Of a DNA stretch of 64,000 nt, positions 31,919 through 44,100 are shown in pieces. The DNA is from Diplonema japonicum (Eukaryota; Protista; Euglenozoa: Diplonemea), in contig OZ025681.1 of the NCBI GenBank assembly GCA_964019335.1, positions 496,001 through 560,000 of the forward strand, in the 5' to 3' direction. The position numbers were made by a program, and so were the translations under genes. How positions within the stretch are numbered: position 1 is the first letter of the stretch; every line of letters starts with the position of its first letter. The notes under the pieces were generated by a model. That model was not told the origin of the DNA. It saw only the letters and a program-made list of their open reading frames with translations, and searched no databases.

Positions 31919-33148
31919 CTAAACAGCAACATCATGAAACTCTTCACCGTCAGATGTGACAGGGCTCATAACCCCGGACCTGTTCTCCGCAAAAGGCTCA
32001 TTCCCGTGGTAGTGATACCCAGGATCATCATACGGGCGCACACCCCGCTGCATAGGACTTCCAAAGGCAGAAACAAGCGGGCTCTGAGGGTAGGTAGGAC
32101 TCTGTGACACATAGTCACCATAAGGGTAATTACTTCTCTGGGAAGGGTTCCCGAATGCAGAAGCCAGGGGGCTCTGCACCACATGCTCATACTCATTACA
32201 CGCTGAACTGTAATCTTCGTTCACTGAGTCTGCGTCCTGCTGCTGTTGTTTGTCCCTCTTTTCCTGCTCCTCCTCCTCCTCTTGTTTCTTGCAAACGAAC
32301 CACAAGATCAGAAGCCCTGTAATGCACAGCAAGAGAACGATCCCTACGACAATCAAACCTATCATAAAATTACTAATTCCACCACCACCACCACCAAGAA
32401 TGTTCAAAGCACATGAATGCTGGAGCACGCCGTAGAGCTCTTCCGTGGAGATGCTGTAACCTTTGTGGCATTCGAGAGGACGGCAGGTTCCTTCCACGAT
32501 AACGGACCGAACAGCATTGGAAATTTCGCATTGTTGCGAAGGCTGAGCTGCGTTCGGAGCCGGTATGACCGTCAGCTGCGGTAGCGCAGAGGTGTTGAAG
32601 TGTTTGAGCGCGTTAGTATATGTCGGCGAGAACCCTATCGCCCCCGCACCTTGCTGGATGTCCACAGCAGCCTGGTTGATCGTTACAGCATCGGTTCCCT
32701 CTGTCAAGATTACCATAGAGACTGACCCGCAGAGGATGTCGTAAGTCACAACCTTCACGATAGTCTCGAAGAAGCTGTTAAACTCCGCCATCGCGTTGTT
32801 GATGGCGTTGAAGTCGTTGCAGCTCGCATCAGGAAACGTCACAACGAAATAGAAGAACACCAACACAGCCTCCCCTATGGTGTCTGGCTCGGGGTAGCAG
32901 ACCTCTCCTGCGTACCCGCTTGTCTTGCACACGCACACGTTGTCGGCCCCGCATGATGCACCTGTGTCGCCCAAGCGGTAGCAGTCGATGTCCACTATGC
33001 AGAATAGGATGCCAGCCGAGCCGTCCATTGGGGCGTCTGCAGCTAGCTCCATGCCTGCTCTTTCTTCGTCGAGTAGTTCTCGCGGTGTCTTTGCTTCGAG
33101 TGGTTGTGTCGTTAGAAGTAGCAGCAGAAGCAGTGGTGTTCGATGCAT
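31919..33148 (-). CDS. Type I membrane protein: signal peptide, EGF-like Cys-rich domain, second Cys domain, TM, tail with repeated QSPLxSAFGxP/PY motifs, 409 aa
   Basis: Leu-rich signal; C...C...C...CVC..GYAGEVC; hydrophobic TM. Confidence 0.85.
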   Translation of the reverse strand: MHRTPLLLLLLLTTQPLEAKTPRELLDEERAGMELAADAPMDGSAGILFCIVDIDCYRLGDTGASCGADNVCVCKTSGYAGEVCYPEPDTIGEAVLVFFYFVVTFPDASCNDFNAINNAMAEFNSFFETIVKVVTYDILCGSVSMVILTEGTDAVTINQAAVDIQQGAGAIGFSPTYTNALKHFNTSALPQLTVIPAPNAAQPSQQCEISNAVRSVIVEGTCRPLECHKGYSISTEELYGVLQHSCALNILGGGGGGISNFMIGLIVVGIVLLLCITGLLILWFVCKKQEEEEEQEKRDKQQQQDADSVNEDYSSACNEYEHVVQSPLASAFGNPSQRSNYPYGDYVSQSPTYPQSPLVSAFGSPMQRGVRPYDDPGYHYHGNEPFAENRSGVMSPVTSDGEEFHDVAV

Positions 33149-33181
33149 TTTACACACGCAGAGCCCCTCCCTCTCTCTCCT

Positions 33182-33213
<32 letters not shown>

Positions 33214-33818
33214 CTCACAACCCAACGACGGAGAAAAAAAAGAAAAGAAAGAAAGAAAAAAAAAGCGAGGGAAGAGAGGGTTAGAGAGAAAAAAAAAAGG
33301 GGAAAGGTTGCTAACAATTTTACAAAAGAAAAAGGGGGGAGGAGGAGGGAACTGTGAGTTGACCCCCTTGTATTGTAAAGGCCAGACCACTTTTTATTCC
33401 TTGTTCCAACGATTTTTCCTGGGAAAAAAAAGGGCATGGGATTCGATATGAGCAGGGACTTCAGCACACAGGGGGGGGGGGGAAGAGTGTCATTGCAAAC
33501 TGCAGGCTGCGACGATGGTAGTTCTGCACCTCAGAGAGAAAAAAAGGAACTCCGTGGGTATGTCCACAAAAAGGCGGGAGGGGGACAAAAGTACACAAAA
33601 TAAAAAAGGGGGGAAAAAAAAAACATTTCTTTTATCCGGTCGACACCACCAGTAAAGCGAGCTATGCCGCGTGAACAGTCGATAAAAAAAAAATTAAAAA
33701 AAAAAAACAATAACTATAAAACCTGCACCCCCGCGTGTCGCTGACGTGTCGCTGTTCTTTTGTAAAAAAAACGGTAAAATAGTCTGAATTATTATTAAAA
33801 AGTATCCCCCCCCTCCTC

Positions 33819-34448
33819 CTAACTCACGACGATCTTGCGCAGCACCCGCAGGCCATCGCTCGCACGATTGTACTGAGTTATCCGGCCAGACTCCGGCGAT
33901 TTTCTGATTTCTAGCTTCGTTTCTATGCCTTCTATTAAAACGCGGATTGAGCCATTAGAGGGGAACCCTAACTTCATTAGCTGGTCCAACTGATATTGGG
34001 CATCATCGTCATAGGGTGTCCACCCCTTGTCGCTTTCCCAGCACCAAACTCTTTTTTCCTTGACCACGGCGGATACAGGCGCCACGGCGACCTTTGGGTG
34101 CACGTACGCGCAGGTATCTTCATTCAGGCACCGGCCGTAAGCTGTAAAGTTCCTGCACACCTCCCTGGGCATGTCATGACTGTGCAAGCATTTTGACTTA
34201 TTCCAACATTTCCCCCTTTTAAAATTCTCGCAGGGAGTTTTTGTAACCTCTGAGATCGCCACTGGTGCTCCCTCTGAGATCGCCACTGGTGCTCCCTCGC
34301 ATCTTGCCGCTGGTGTACATTGATACCAGCTAGCAGAGCCCCCTTTGCCTTTGATCTCCAATAACTCCTTTGCTCGTTTCATCTTGTGTATAGCGCACAT
34401 CTCCATCTCAGGTTTCGGCACTCGTTCATGGTGCTGATACGTTTTCAT
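33819..34448 (-). CDS. CxxH-type motif + 2 CCCH zinc fingers + WWE domain, 209 aa
   Basis: CENFKRGKCWNKSKCLHSH; CRNFTAYGRCLNEDTCAYVH; WCWESDKGWTPYD...QYN...R.LR; 24-nt tandem duplication (EGAPVAIS x2). Confidence 0.85.
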   Translation of the reverse strand: MKTYQHHERVPKPEMEMCAIHKMKRAKELLEIKGKGGSASWYQCTPAARCEGAPVAISEGAPVAISEVTKTPCENFKRGKCWNKSKCLHSHDMPREVCRNFTAYGRCLNEDTCAYVHPKVAVAPVSAVVKEKRVWCWESDKGWTPYDDDAQYQLDQLMKLGFPSNGSIRVLIEGIETKLEIRKSPESGRITQYNRASDGLRVLRKIVVS

Positions 34449-34793
34449 CTTTTGTTCTTCTTTTCTTTTTTTTTTTACCCCACTCTTTTATTTTTTCTTG
34501 GGGAAGAACAAAAAAAAAAGAGACTGGAGATTGAACATAAGGAACTAGATGATGGGGGGGGGGGGGGGGGAGTCGTTTTTCATTTTTAATTTTTCTCTAT
34601 TTACGAAGGGGGGACGGAGGTGAAGTGAGTTTGAAAAAAGAATTCAAAATAACATGCAAGCTCCCTGAGACGAAAGCAGCATGCCCTAAAAAGGGGTAGT
34701 ACTAGGTATCTCTCAGGTTCGGACATATCTCACGACCTTCAATGGCTCCTACTAGTGTTCCAGTAGGTTTGGAGCGTACTTTTCCCGACCACG

Positions 34794-34826
<33 letters not shown>

Positions 34827-34899
34827 ATTCTTTTAAGGTATGCGTTTTTGCGCTCACAGCCGAGCTGCGCTTGGTCCCCGTTGTTAAAAAAAGAAAATA

Positions 34900-35035
34900 A
34901 GAGGCCAGTATTAATAGGCGCCCTGCACAAGCACTGTCTACTTGATTACAGGAGTGGGGTGCACCTCGGCGGAGCTGCAGCTTCTTCTGCATTCCGCGTG
35001 TCGTTACTGCGATGTACAGCTCAGCCCCCAGCCGG
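34900..35035 (-). mobile_element. SINE family A, 5'-truncated copy with tail type 1
   Basis: GGCGCCCTGCACAAG.ACTGTCTACTTGATTACAGG matches 4384-4418. Confidence 0.65.
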
Positions 35036-35558
35036 GAAAAAAAGGGGGGGGGGGGAAGAAGAAAAACTCACCGGAATGAAGAGAAGTGTTACAGACCATC
35101 ACAAAAGAAAGAAAATGATTCAGAGTTTGTATTTTTTTTTCTTCTTTTTCTTTTCATTTTTTCTTGGCCTCCTTGTTGTGCACATCACAGCTACGACTAC
35201 TCTTTTTTGCTGAACAAGAAACTGAGCGGAACTTAATGACAACAATAATAAGACAGAAAAAGAGGGGGGGGGGGGGAGGAAGCATTGCACATTTTTCTTT
35301 TAATTTTGAACTTTTTAAAACTACAAAAGAGTTCCAAAGTGTCAAAAGTAAAAAAAATAAAAAAAACTTAAACACATGGAAGAAGGAAGAAAAAAAAAAG
35401 AGAGGGAGAGAAATGAGGGGGGAAAGGCTGCAAAGACAGCGCTCAAACGTTACTCTTCCAAGTCAAGGTGACAAGAAAAGAAGAAGAAAAAATTGTGATT
35501 TGAAACATCAGTTTACACACGAAAGAAAAGGGTTTGTTTCTTACGGCATATCAGATAA

Positions 35559-35598
<40 letters not shown>

Positions 35599-36238
35599 AG
35601 GAAGACAGGTATCGTCGAATTCTACTCAATTCAACATAGACTGCAAATCAAGAGGTGAGCATCTTCATGACTACGGAAGGCTCGAGCTTTGTCTCAGAGG
35701 CTTTCCTACTCATGACCCCTGATTCACATGCTGTACTGTTGGTTATAAATAAGTAATAATTAATTTCGTCTAAATTCTTTAACCATTTAAGGACGAAGAC
35801 TAGATATCTAGCGATCAAAAAACTAAAGATCTTTGTAAAGGCATTTTAAGTACCACACGCCCGTGCCCCTAGATTAACCTCCAAAAACACCCTCGAAACC
35901 AGTTTTTGGTGGCACGAAAGTGAATATTCAGACGACCCTTTCTTTTGCCCAAAAATCCCCCGTTCTTTAATGGATAAAAAATAAAATGTTTTACGCACAT
36001 CAGGAAAGCCCGGTGGGGGAGGGGGGGGATTCAGCAATGAGATGAGTATCTCTCTCTTTTTCCTCCACTTTTTTTTTTAAAAAAAATCTTTATTTTTTTT
36101 TATTTTCTCGTAATTCCAATAAAACCCTTTTTTTCTATTTTTTTTTTAAAATTCTCTTCTTTAAAAAAAAGGGAAAATGCAGGTAAGGAGAAAAAAAAAA
36201 AAAAAAAAAGAGGAAAAAAAAAAAAAAAGTGGAGTTTT

Positions 36239-36269
<31 letters not shown>

Positions 36270-36287
36270 TTCCAAATTTTCTCATTT

Positions 36288-37682
36288 TTAGTTTTCTTCG
36301 ATTTTAAACTCCACCAAATTGGATAATCGCTCCAGATTTTCATCAGCGTCACTTGGAGAGTCACCACGCGCCGCCAGCCAACCCAGCGCTGAAAAACTCA
36401 AAGGCGGCATCATTACCTTGCTCCCCACCTCATGGTACAACGCAGCACCAACGAACGAAGGGTCCGTCAAAACAGACGCAGGGATATGCTGGTGAACAAG
36501 ACTCCCCGAGGCACTAGGTCTAAAATTCACAGAAGACATATGCTGCATAGGCTTTGGAGGATAATTCTTCTCAACAGGAAGCCCAACCGAAAGCCTCGCG
36601 TACTGCAGGGCAAGCGAAGTACCCCACGTGTTCCTGTTAAGGCAGTCCGTCTCCGCAGCCCCAATCCGCAAATTAACTTCTATAACATAAGATTTACCAC
36701 GAACTGCATCATACTTACATTCGTAATGTAAGATACAATTAAGATCGGTACCGGCTGCGGTGACATATTTTTCAAGCTGGCTGTAAATGTCATTTCTAGC
36801 GTCTTCAGGCAGCCTTGTAGGTGCCATGCCGCCCATTTCGCAAAAGTAAGGTTCCGAGACCTCCTTGTTGTCTGAGATCCCTGCGTACATTATTACACCG
36901 TTTTGGACTGCGACATCGACGTCGATTTCTTGACCGGAGATGTATTCTTCGACTTGTAGACAAGCGGGTTTCCCGTAGTTATTCCAGTAGAGTACGTCGG
37001 GTGAGGCGGCGAGGGCTTTAAAAGCTGTTTTGCAGTGTTCCTTCAAGTCAGGTAGGTTGTCTAGACGTTTTGCAAGCATAGATCCCGCGCCAGGTGACGG
37101 TTTGCACACAACGGGGAACTCCAAGTTGAAATTACCCTCGGAGAGCTTCGTGGCCACCTCGTCAACACTCTCAACACGTGTGAATTTCGGGCTTCTTATC
37201 CCGTTTTTCTCACAGAAATCCCGGAAATCCCCTTTCACGTTCGTCATTTTAACAATCTCCGGCGATGCCGGGCATTGCACCACACCAAGCTCCCTTGTGA
37301 GGACCGCGCAAGGGTACGTCCCGTACTCGTCATATGTGAGGCCAGCGTCAGGGGTGATATTCCATTTTTTGAGTTGTGACTTTACATCGCAGACCATTTG
37401 CTCGATGTTGGTCACATCGGTGAGGATGTACCTCCATACCACCGGTTCTGCCCAGTTGACCTTCGGTGCCACCATGATTATGTGCACGCCTTTCTTCTGA
37501 AGCATTTTGTAGCTCCCCATGCGGGCCGTGTTGCCGCTCAGGACCACGACGATGAACTTTCCCTTTAGCTGTTCGCTGCACTCGCACACCCATCGGCAAG
37601 AGTGCGGCCGTGCCCGTGTCTTCGGCTCGAAGGGTAGCCTTGGGTCGTGCTCTAGTCTTGTTAAGTCCCCGAAGTATGTCAT
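36288..37682 (-). CDS. ATP-grasp peptide ligase (carnosine synthase / L-amino-acid ligase-like), 464 aa
   Basis: FPVVCKPSPGAGS, VEEYISGQEIDVD, HYE, IEVNLRIG motifs. Confidence 0.88.
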   Translation of the reverse strand: MTYFGDLTRLEHDPRLPFEPKTRARPHSCRWVCECSEQLKGKFIVVVLSGNTARMGSYKMLQKKGVHIIMVAPKVNWAEPVVWRYILTDVTNIEQMVCDVKSQLKKWNITPDAGLTYDEYGTYPCAVLTRELGVVQCPASPEIVKMTNVKGDFRDFCEKNGIRSPKFTRVESVDEVATKLSEGNFNLEFPVVCKPSPGAGSMLAKRLDNLPDLKEHCKTAFKALAASPDVLYWNNYGKPACLQVEEYISGQEIDVDVAVQNGVIMYAGISDNKEVSEPYFCEMGGMAPTRLPEDARNDIYSQLEKYVTAAGTDLNCILHYECKYDAVRGKSYVIEVNLRIGAAETDCLNRNTWGTSLALQYARLSVGLPVEKNYPPKPMQHMSSVNFRPSASGSLVHQHIPASVLTDPSFVGAALYHEVGSKVMMPPLSFSALGWLAARGDSPSDADENLERLSNLVEFKIEEN

Positions 37683-37863
37683 GTTTTTTTTTTCTTTTTC
37701 TTATTATTATATATACTCTGAAGGTTTAAAAGGTGGCTGTGTAGAAAAAAAAGGGGGGGGGGGAGACGGGGGAAAAAAAGAAGAAGAAAAAGAAAGATAA
37801 CTCCCAAGATGATTTTCTTTTTTCTGAGTTATGAGGGACGGCGGGGGGGGGGGGCGGCGGGGG

Positions 37864-37980
37864 GGGCTATGTTGGCAAGAAACGTTTCCGTTTTTCTTAT
37901 TTTTCAGATACTTAAAAGAAACGTTTCCTTATTTTCAAAAGAAAAAGCTTGGAACGCGGTTCCTTGCCAACATAGCCCTG
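37864..37980. mobile_element. MITE with 16-bp TIR, inserted in a poly-G tract
   Basis: GGGCTATGTTGGCAAG at 37864-37879 / CTTGCCAACATAGCCC at 37963-37978. Confidence 0.7.
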
Positions 37981-38828
37981 GGGGGGGGGGGGATTCATAT
38001 CAACAACAAAAGAATCTCGCGGTAGGGTGGGAGGGATCTGTTGCTTGCCGAAGCCAAAAATGTGATCCATGTTAACCTCTGTTTTGAGACAGATGACAGC
38101 AGGCCAAGGTTTGCTTTATTCTTGTCTCTCTGCCGAGCTCCCCCTTGGCACAGACTTTCCTGAAATGACTCGCTTAAGGGGAGGTGTCGTTACGCACCCA
38201 GACCCGGCCAAAGGTCTTGCTGCCCCTGGAAAAAAAAAAGAAAAGAAAGGCGATGTTTAAGGGCAAATCCCACCGAGGACCACCCTAAAAAAAAGATCGG
38301 AGCTGTCAACGTGCGTTCTGGGGTTGGAAAAGAGAGGGGGAAAGAAAAAGAATAGGGGGTATTTGGCTGTTTGTGTTGCGTGTCTCCATTGCTTAGACAA
38401 GAAGAAGAAGGGGGAAAACAAAAAGAATTCTGACCTTCATTTGTATTGGTACCAACTAAAAAAACAAAAGAACTCGTGTAGATTTTCTTTCTTTTTTTTT
38501 TTTTTTTTTTAATCGAGCTGCCTATTCTAAAATCATGTTGAAAAGAGTACCGCAAAAGAAAAAGAGAATTTAGGGTTTACAAAGGTCTTATGCGCGGGGC
38601 GGGATTTCTTTTTCGGTTTTCTCTCTTTTCCCTCCTCCTATTTTTTTTTTTCTCTTTTTTTTTTTTTTCTCGCGCAGCACGAACACATTTTATTTTTTCT
38701 CTTCTTTTCTCCCTCAAAAGCCCCTGTGAATAGTCTTCAGTGCTGAAGTGTAAGAATTGTCACAACAAAAAAAAAAATCAAAACGTCTGGGGGTGGGGGA
38801 GAAAAAAAAAAAAAAAAACATACCTGAC

Positions 38829-38859
<31 letters not shown>

Positions 38860-39140
38860 GTAATGAAAAAATTACTATAAATGACAATCATGGGGGATCC
38901 GGAAAAAAAAAGGGGGGGGAGATATATAAAGAAAGACAACAAAAGACTCCAAAGATAATGATGCTTGGCTGACAAGTACGTAAGTGAGGAGGGGCCTCTG
39001 GACTAAATGCCCTGCTCCACTTATTCAGTGATCCTTATGAGCTTTTTTTTTTTTTTTTTTGAGTCTAAAATCATTTCTAATATCCCCCCCACCCCACGAT
39101 GCAAAGTTCTTTTTTTTTTTTTTTTTCTTCTTAAAAAAAA

Positions 39141-40742
39141 TCATTTCAAACATTCCCCGCTCCTCAGAGGGGCTCCGGACACATAATTAACATCCCATTT
39201 CCTCGCTGCCAATGCATGGTACGGCGCGACACGGTGGCCCTTGGGGTCAATACTGGTGGGGACATGGCTAGCAGGCTGGAGAAGAATACAAAGTGCCTCT
39301 TCACGATGGTAGGTCCAAACCGCACAAGACTGTTCCACAAAACAAAGGGAGCAACAGTCAGAAATAGAATTCGTATGTTCATACTTTGTGGTAGTTGTAG
39401 ATCGGTCCATATCGGGAATGTATTGGAAATTCTGCTCGCTGAAACAGGTATGCTCACCCGGGCCTTCAAGGTCGATGAAGTGGGTGTTTTCTGAAACAGT
39501 GTGCCCGATCTCCTTGAAACGCCTTCTCAGAGCTCTTGTGAATCGCAAGATTGAAAAAGAAATTGTTGAATTCAAATCAACAGACAGCAACGGGGCGCGG
39601 AACCCCCGCTTGCTCTCCGCGGTAGGCGTTGTTTTCTTCTGAACGTAGTACTGCAGCGACTTCGTCCCGTAGTGGTTGTACCCCAACCCGGCTGAACAGC
39701 ATTTTGAACTGTACTCCCGTTTCGCCGTGGAGCCCCCTCCGGTGTACAGCCATTGTTCGCACCTCCATTGGTCCTTCATATCGGTGGCGTAGGTGCAGTT
39801 GTCGGATTTCCAATGAGCGCCCAACCCTTCCGACTGTGTCCAGATTTTGTAATGGTCTTTTCTTTTTTCCGGTGTCATGTCGTCCTTCCAATCTGTTGTG
39901 TTTGTGGGCCAGTGTATCCATCCTGCATGGTCTAGGGTTGCGCACTGTCCGGTGTTCCATATTACTTTTGTGTGGCGGCACTCCCCGCACATTGCAAAGG
40001 GGTGCTTCGAGCAGTGGTTTCCGAAGAAATCGAAGAACGGACCCGGCTTGCTGCAGTCCCCACCGGATGTAAGAAAATTTTCTGTCATCAACCCTTGAGG
40101 GTGCTGTTCAAAGCCGGATGTTCCAAAGCGTTCCCACCTGACAAGAATGTGCGATTGCATAGCGCTGCAATGTGTCTCGATGTGATCTCTAATGCTGCAC
40201 GAGGTGTGTGGGAAGATGAACTCATCTGTATCGGCAAAGAGAAGCCAGTTCACATGCGGTGAAGCATGCTCGAAACATACTTTCGGGGGGACGCAGTTGT
40301 GCACACCAGCAGGGCCGCCTAGTTGCTTGCAACCAGGATGCGATTTGGGCATTCTCCCTGGTATTACTGTTACGTAGCCTAGTTTTTCGTACTCTTGAAG
40401 GATTTTCTTCGTGACTTCTTGTGATTCGGGTGGGTTGTCGTCCACAATCCAGACGTGATCCACGCCAACGAGGAGCTGGTGTTCTAACCACTCTCTGAGC
40501 CATACGCCGCTGCCCTTTGTGCCCGTGCACGTGCCGAAGAACCAAGGGCCTTCTTTTTGTATCGTAATCTTGCCGCCCAGGATCTGGGGTACGATTTTCT
40601 CCTTTTCCAGATTTGCCTTGTACTCGTGAAGGCCGTCCTCATTCACCTCTTGGGAGCGCTGCTCGCTTAGCATGAAGCTGTACACCAATCGAAGTATTAT
40701 CACCCCCACCATGATGCTCAGAAATTGCTTGTCGATTTTCAT
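39141..40742 (-). CDS. Type II membrane GT92/GT2-like glycosyltransferase + PAN domain, 533 aa
   Basis: WLREWLEHQLLVGVDH, WLLFADTDEFIFP, WERFGTSG; single-unit paralog of the 20371 gene. Confidence 0.85.
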   Translation of the reverse strand: MKIDKQFLSIMVGVIILRLVYSFMLSEQRSQEVNEDGLHEYKANLEKEKIVPQILGGKITIQKEGPWFFGTCTGTKGSGVWLREWLEHQLLVGVDHVWIVDDNPPESQEVTKKILQEYEKLGYVTVIPGRMPKSHPGCKQLGGPAGVHNCVPPKVCFEHASPHVNWLLFADTDEFIFPHTSCSIRDHIETHCSAMQSHILVRWERFGTSGFEQHPQGLMTENFLTSGGDCSKPGPFFDFFGNHCSKHPFAMCGECRHTKVIWNTGQCATLDHAGWIHWPTNTTDWKDDMTPEKRKDHYKIWTQSEGLGAHWKSDNCTYATDMKDQWRCEQWLYTGGGSTAKREYSSKCCSAGLGYNHYGTKSLQYYVQKKTTPTAESKRGFRAPLLSVDLNSTISFSILRFTRALRRRFKEIGHTVSENTHFIDLEGPGEHTCFSEQNFQYIPDMDRSTTTTKYEHTNSISDCCSLCFVEQSCAVWTYHREEALCILLQPASHVPTSIDPKGHRVAPYHALAARKWDVNYVSGAPLRSGECLK

Positions 40743-41116
40743 TTTATTTATTTTCTTTTTAAATATCCCCCCTTTCCCCCCTCCCCCCCCACTCTCTCCT
40801 TCTTTTTTGAGGAAATGAAAGGGGGGGTACTTTGTTTTAAAAAAAAAAAGAAAAAAATGGATAAAAAGGATTTTCTTTCTTTTTTTTTTTTGCGTTTCTT
40901 TTTTCTCGCGTTGTAGGGAAGGGTAGGGGATTTTTGAAGAGAAAAAAAAAGAAAAGAGAGGGGGGGGGGGGGGGGGGAAAGAGAAATGACGGTTCGATGG
41001 GGAGGGGAGGGGAAAGATAAACATGCAAACAGGCAAATAAAAAAAAGGAAGAAGAAAAAAAGATGTCTTTGAAGGGAACCTGCAGTATGTGACAGGATCG
41101 CCTAACGACAATCAAC

Positions 41117-44100
41117 TCATCTAGTGTTTGATCCCTTCTGTCGTGGTAGTGCCTTAGGCCCGTCGTAGTATCTCATCAGCAGCTTGGGCGTGAAACCGAC
41201 TAGCGAGTTGTTGAGGATGCAATGCGTTCGCAGTTGTTCCTCTAGGGTCGGGTGGGTTGCCTTCGGGGACGCGAAGACCGGACGAGTGGAGTATCCAATG
41301 ATGGAATGGCTGTGGAGCCCCAGGGTACGCAGTGAGTGTACTGACTTCTTAGTTTCTGCCGGAATCAGGTGATTCCCCGTTCCTGTTCTGTGTGCCCTGT
41401 CCAGGACGTTGAGGATTCTTCCGATTTTCCTAGCCCAGCATGCCAGGTCTTCACCACCCATGTGGATTCTCTCCGTTGCTATGAAGTCGACAGCAAGCTC
41501 CGCCTTGGACACTTGCCCTCCATCCTTGCCCCATTTCAGGGCACTCAGCCATTTGAGGACAAACGGGATCAGCCCCGGGAAGTACTTCTTCCCCAGCCCG
41601 TGCTTGTGATACCAAATGAGGGGTTTCGGTTCTAATAGGTTTCCCGGTTGGAATGGTCTTTTCCAGAAGTGCAGATTGTCGTATCTGACCTGCTTCTCGG
41701 TGTGCAGGCTCTCGAGTTTCCCCGCAATTTCCGCAAACATCAGGTGTAGTTCCTTGACACTTGTCAGGCTTATGTCCATATCAGAGGTAATAATGCCGTG
41801 TAGTCGGGCGCAGCTTGGCCAGCTGACGTGGTCTTGCACCAGCCGAATGCGGTCAGTGTTGGTCGTTCTGCAGTCGGCGTGCGCTGGGCATTGCCAGATC
41901 GTATGTTGTAGTAGGGAGCTGGTCCCGTTCCCAATGTTATATGGTGTGCCACACCCCAGGCATTTCGTATGTGAGCCGTTCATGTCGCCGTAAGCTCTGG
42001 GGTGTAGGGGAAGCATCGCGCCCGCAATGGCACAAAGTATCCTCCTTGCTTTCTGTGGGTTGGTGGTCGTCACCTCGTTGTGGAGGAAGTTCGTTTTCTC
42101 CTCGTCAATGCCTGTTTCGACCCCCTGGTAGGTGTCTCGCTCTTCGGCCAGATCCTCACGTAGTTTGGCTTTCAGCAGCGTCCTGATCTCGTGTTTCAGG
42201 AGCTGTTTGCCTTGCGGTAGTATCTTCGTCTGGAAGTCCTTCCACCTTGACCCTATTTCTCGGAGCCATAGGTCTGCATTGGCAAATGGTCCCATCGGAA
42301 ATGATGGAGAGCCTTGATCCCTTGCTCTCCTGTACGCTTCCCAGCATGATATGAAAAGGGACTTGTTCGAATGTCGTGTGCAAAGTCGTCCCAGAGTAGA
42401 GATGGCCTTGTAGATCGCAGTAGAGTACGGGTCCAGGGTGTGTCCCTTATGGGCAATTCCCAGCAGGGCGCTGGAGGAGCGCATTGGGTTGCGGGCACCC
42501 CAGACGCAAAGAGTGATCCGCTTCTTCAATTTCTCCATCCAAGAGTCCGGGATCGGGTCGAACAGGATGCCGTAGAAGGCGGATGGCAGGATGTTCTCTG
42601 CGATGATCCGTACCTTGCGATCGTGGTATAGCCTAGTTGAGGCGAGGCGTTCTATTTCGGCCAGGGCTTTGTGGACCCTGAGTTATCCCTCCTGCTCGGC
42701 TGGAAGTAGATTTGTACTCCTAAGATTTGCAGACTACTGGTCGTGGCAAAGGTCTCTCCGTTCAACTTCACATTCCCCCGGTATTTGGGTTTCGTTCCAA
42801 ATGACCTGGTCTTCTTCGGGTGTACGGTCATCCCCGTGAGCTTGCAAAGGCTGCCTAGTAGATTTACGGAACGCTGAACCGCGGCCTCCGAGGTAATTGA
42901 CGTGAAGTTAAGGTCGTCTGCATATGACACTGGGTGTGCGTTTCTTGGATTTGCCGTACATTTCTTGGTGAAGATGGCAAGGATTGCGTTGATGAAAACG
43001 GGCGAGATCGGGCATCCCTGGAGTATTCCATTCGTGGTTCGGAATGGAGCACCTACTCCCACGGGGAAACGTAGGCGGCGGATTAGGTCAGAGTAGATGG
43101 CCTTGATCGGTCTCAGGATGAGCTGGCTTAGGCCTAACCGATCGACCAGTTCGAACGTGAGTGCGTGGGGGACAGAGTCAAAGCATTTCTTGAAGTCGAC
43201 CGAGAGACCCCAAAGGTGGTTGCCAGATACTTTTGCCAACTCCACACTGGTGCAGACCTTCGCGAGGAGGTCATCTGTGCTGTGTTCCGGTCTGAAGCCG
43301 AATTGGAGCGGAGTAATCCACTCCTCTTGCCATTCGAGGATGGCTGGTAGTCGTGCGCCAGCCCAGAGCCGATAGAATGCGCTCGATACAGTAATAGGTC
43401 TGTGATCTAGCGGCTCTTCGGATTCTCCTTTCGGGATCATCGTAACAAGCGCGGTCAGGACTGCCTTTGGCCATCGTCCCTCATCCTCAATCCAGTTGTA
43501 TAGGAAGATGAATCCCTCTAGCAGGGCATCTGGTAAGTGGGCGAGTTCGCAGAGCCTCCATCCATCAATCCCAGCGCATTCCTGTTTCTCCTTCTTACTC
43601 AGCACTCTTCGCAGGTCTTCTAGCGTGATCGCGAGGTCGACCATGGGGTGGTGGGTGATCTGCGACCCAAAAGTTTCCTCAAAAGAATCAAAACTCGGCT
43701 CAGGGTGGTCCTCGTATTTGCGGAAGATGTGGCGCCATGCCGACCTGAAGGCTTGGTCTATCTCTTCGACTGAGGTCGAGAGGGTACCGTTCGTGTTTGC
43801 TGCAACTAGCTCTCTATTTGGCTTGTCCGTCACAAATTGCATAATCGCGCTCCGGTTCACCGAGAAACCCGAGTTCAGGTCCCTCCGTGCCTTCACGTTG
43901 CGCAGGATCTTCGAAGCGATGTCCATGTTCCGTTGTCGTGCCGTAACGTTCTCCCGAATCAGGTCTGCTTCCTTGACGATGTTACCCTCGGAGAAGGTTT
44001 CCGGGTGGAACCGTAGGATCTTAATTGCCTTTGCCTTAATATTGTCCCAGCTCTTGCGTAGGTCATACGGCAGGGCCGGGTCTTTCAACAGTGGGACTCT

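Noticed and set aside
35779-35800. piggyBac-like end TTAACCATTTAAGGAC
   Set aside because: No matching opposite terminus found
39141-41111. ORF-track N-terminal extensions (also 12428, 23562, 61411, 62558)
   Set aside because: They run through homopolymer or splice tracts; downstream ATGs give sensible N-termini
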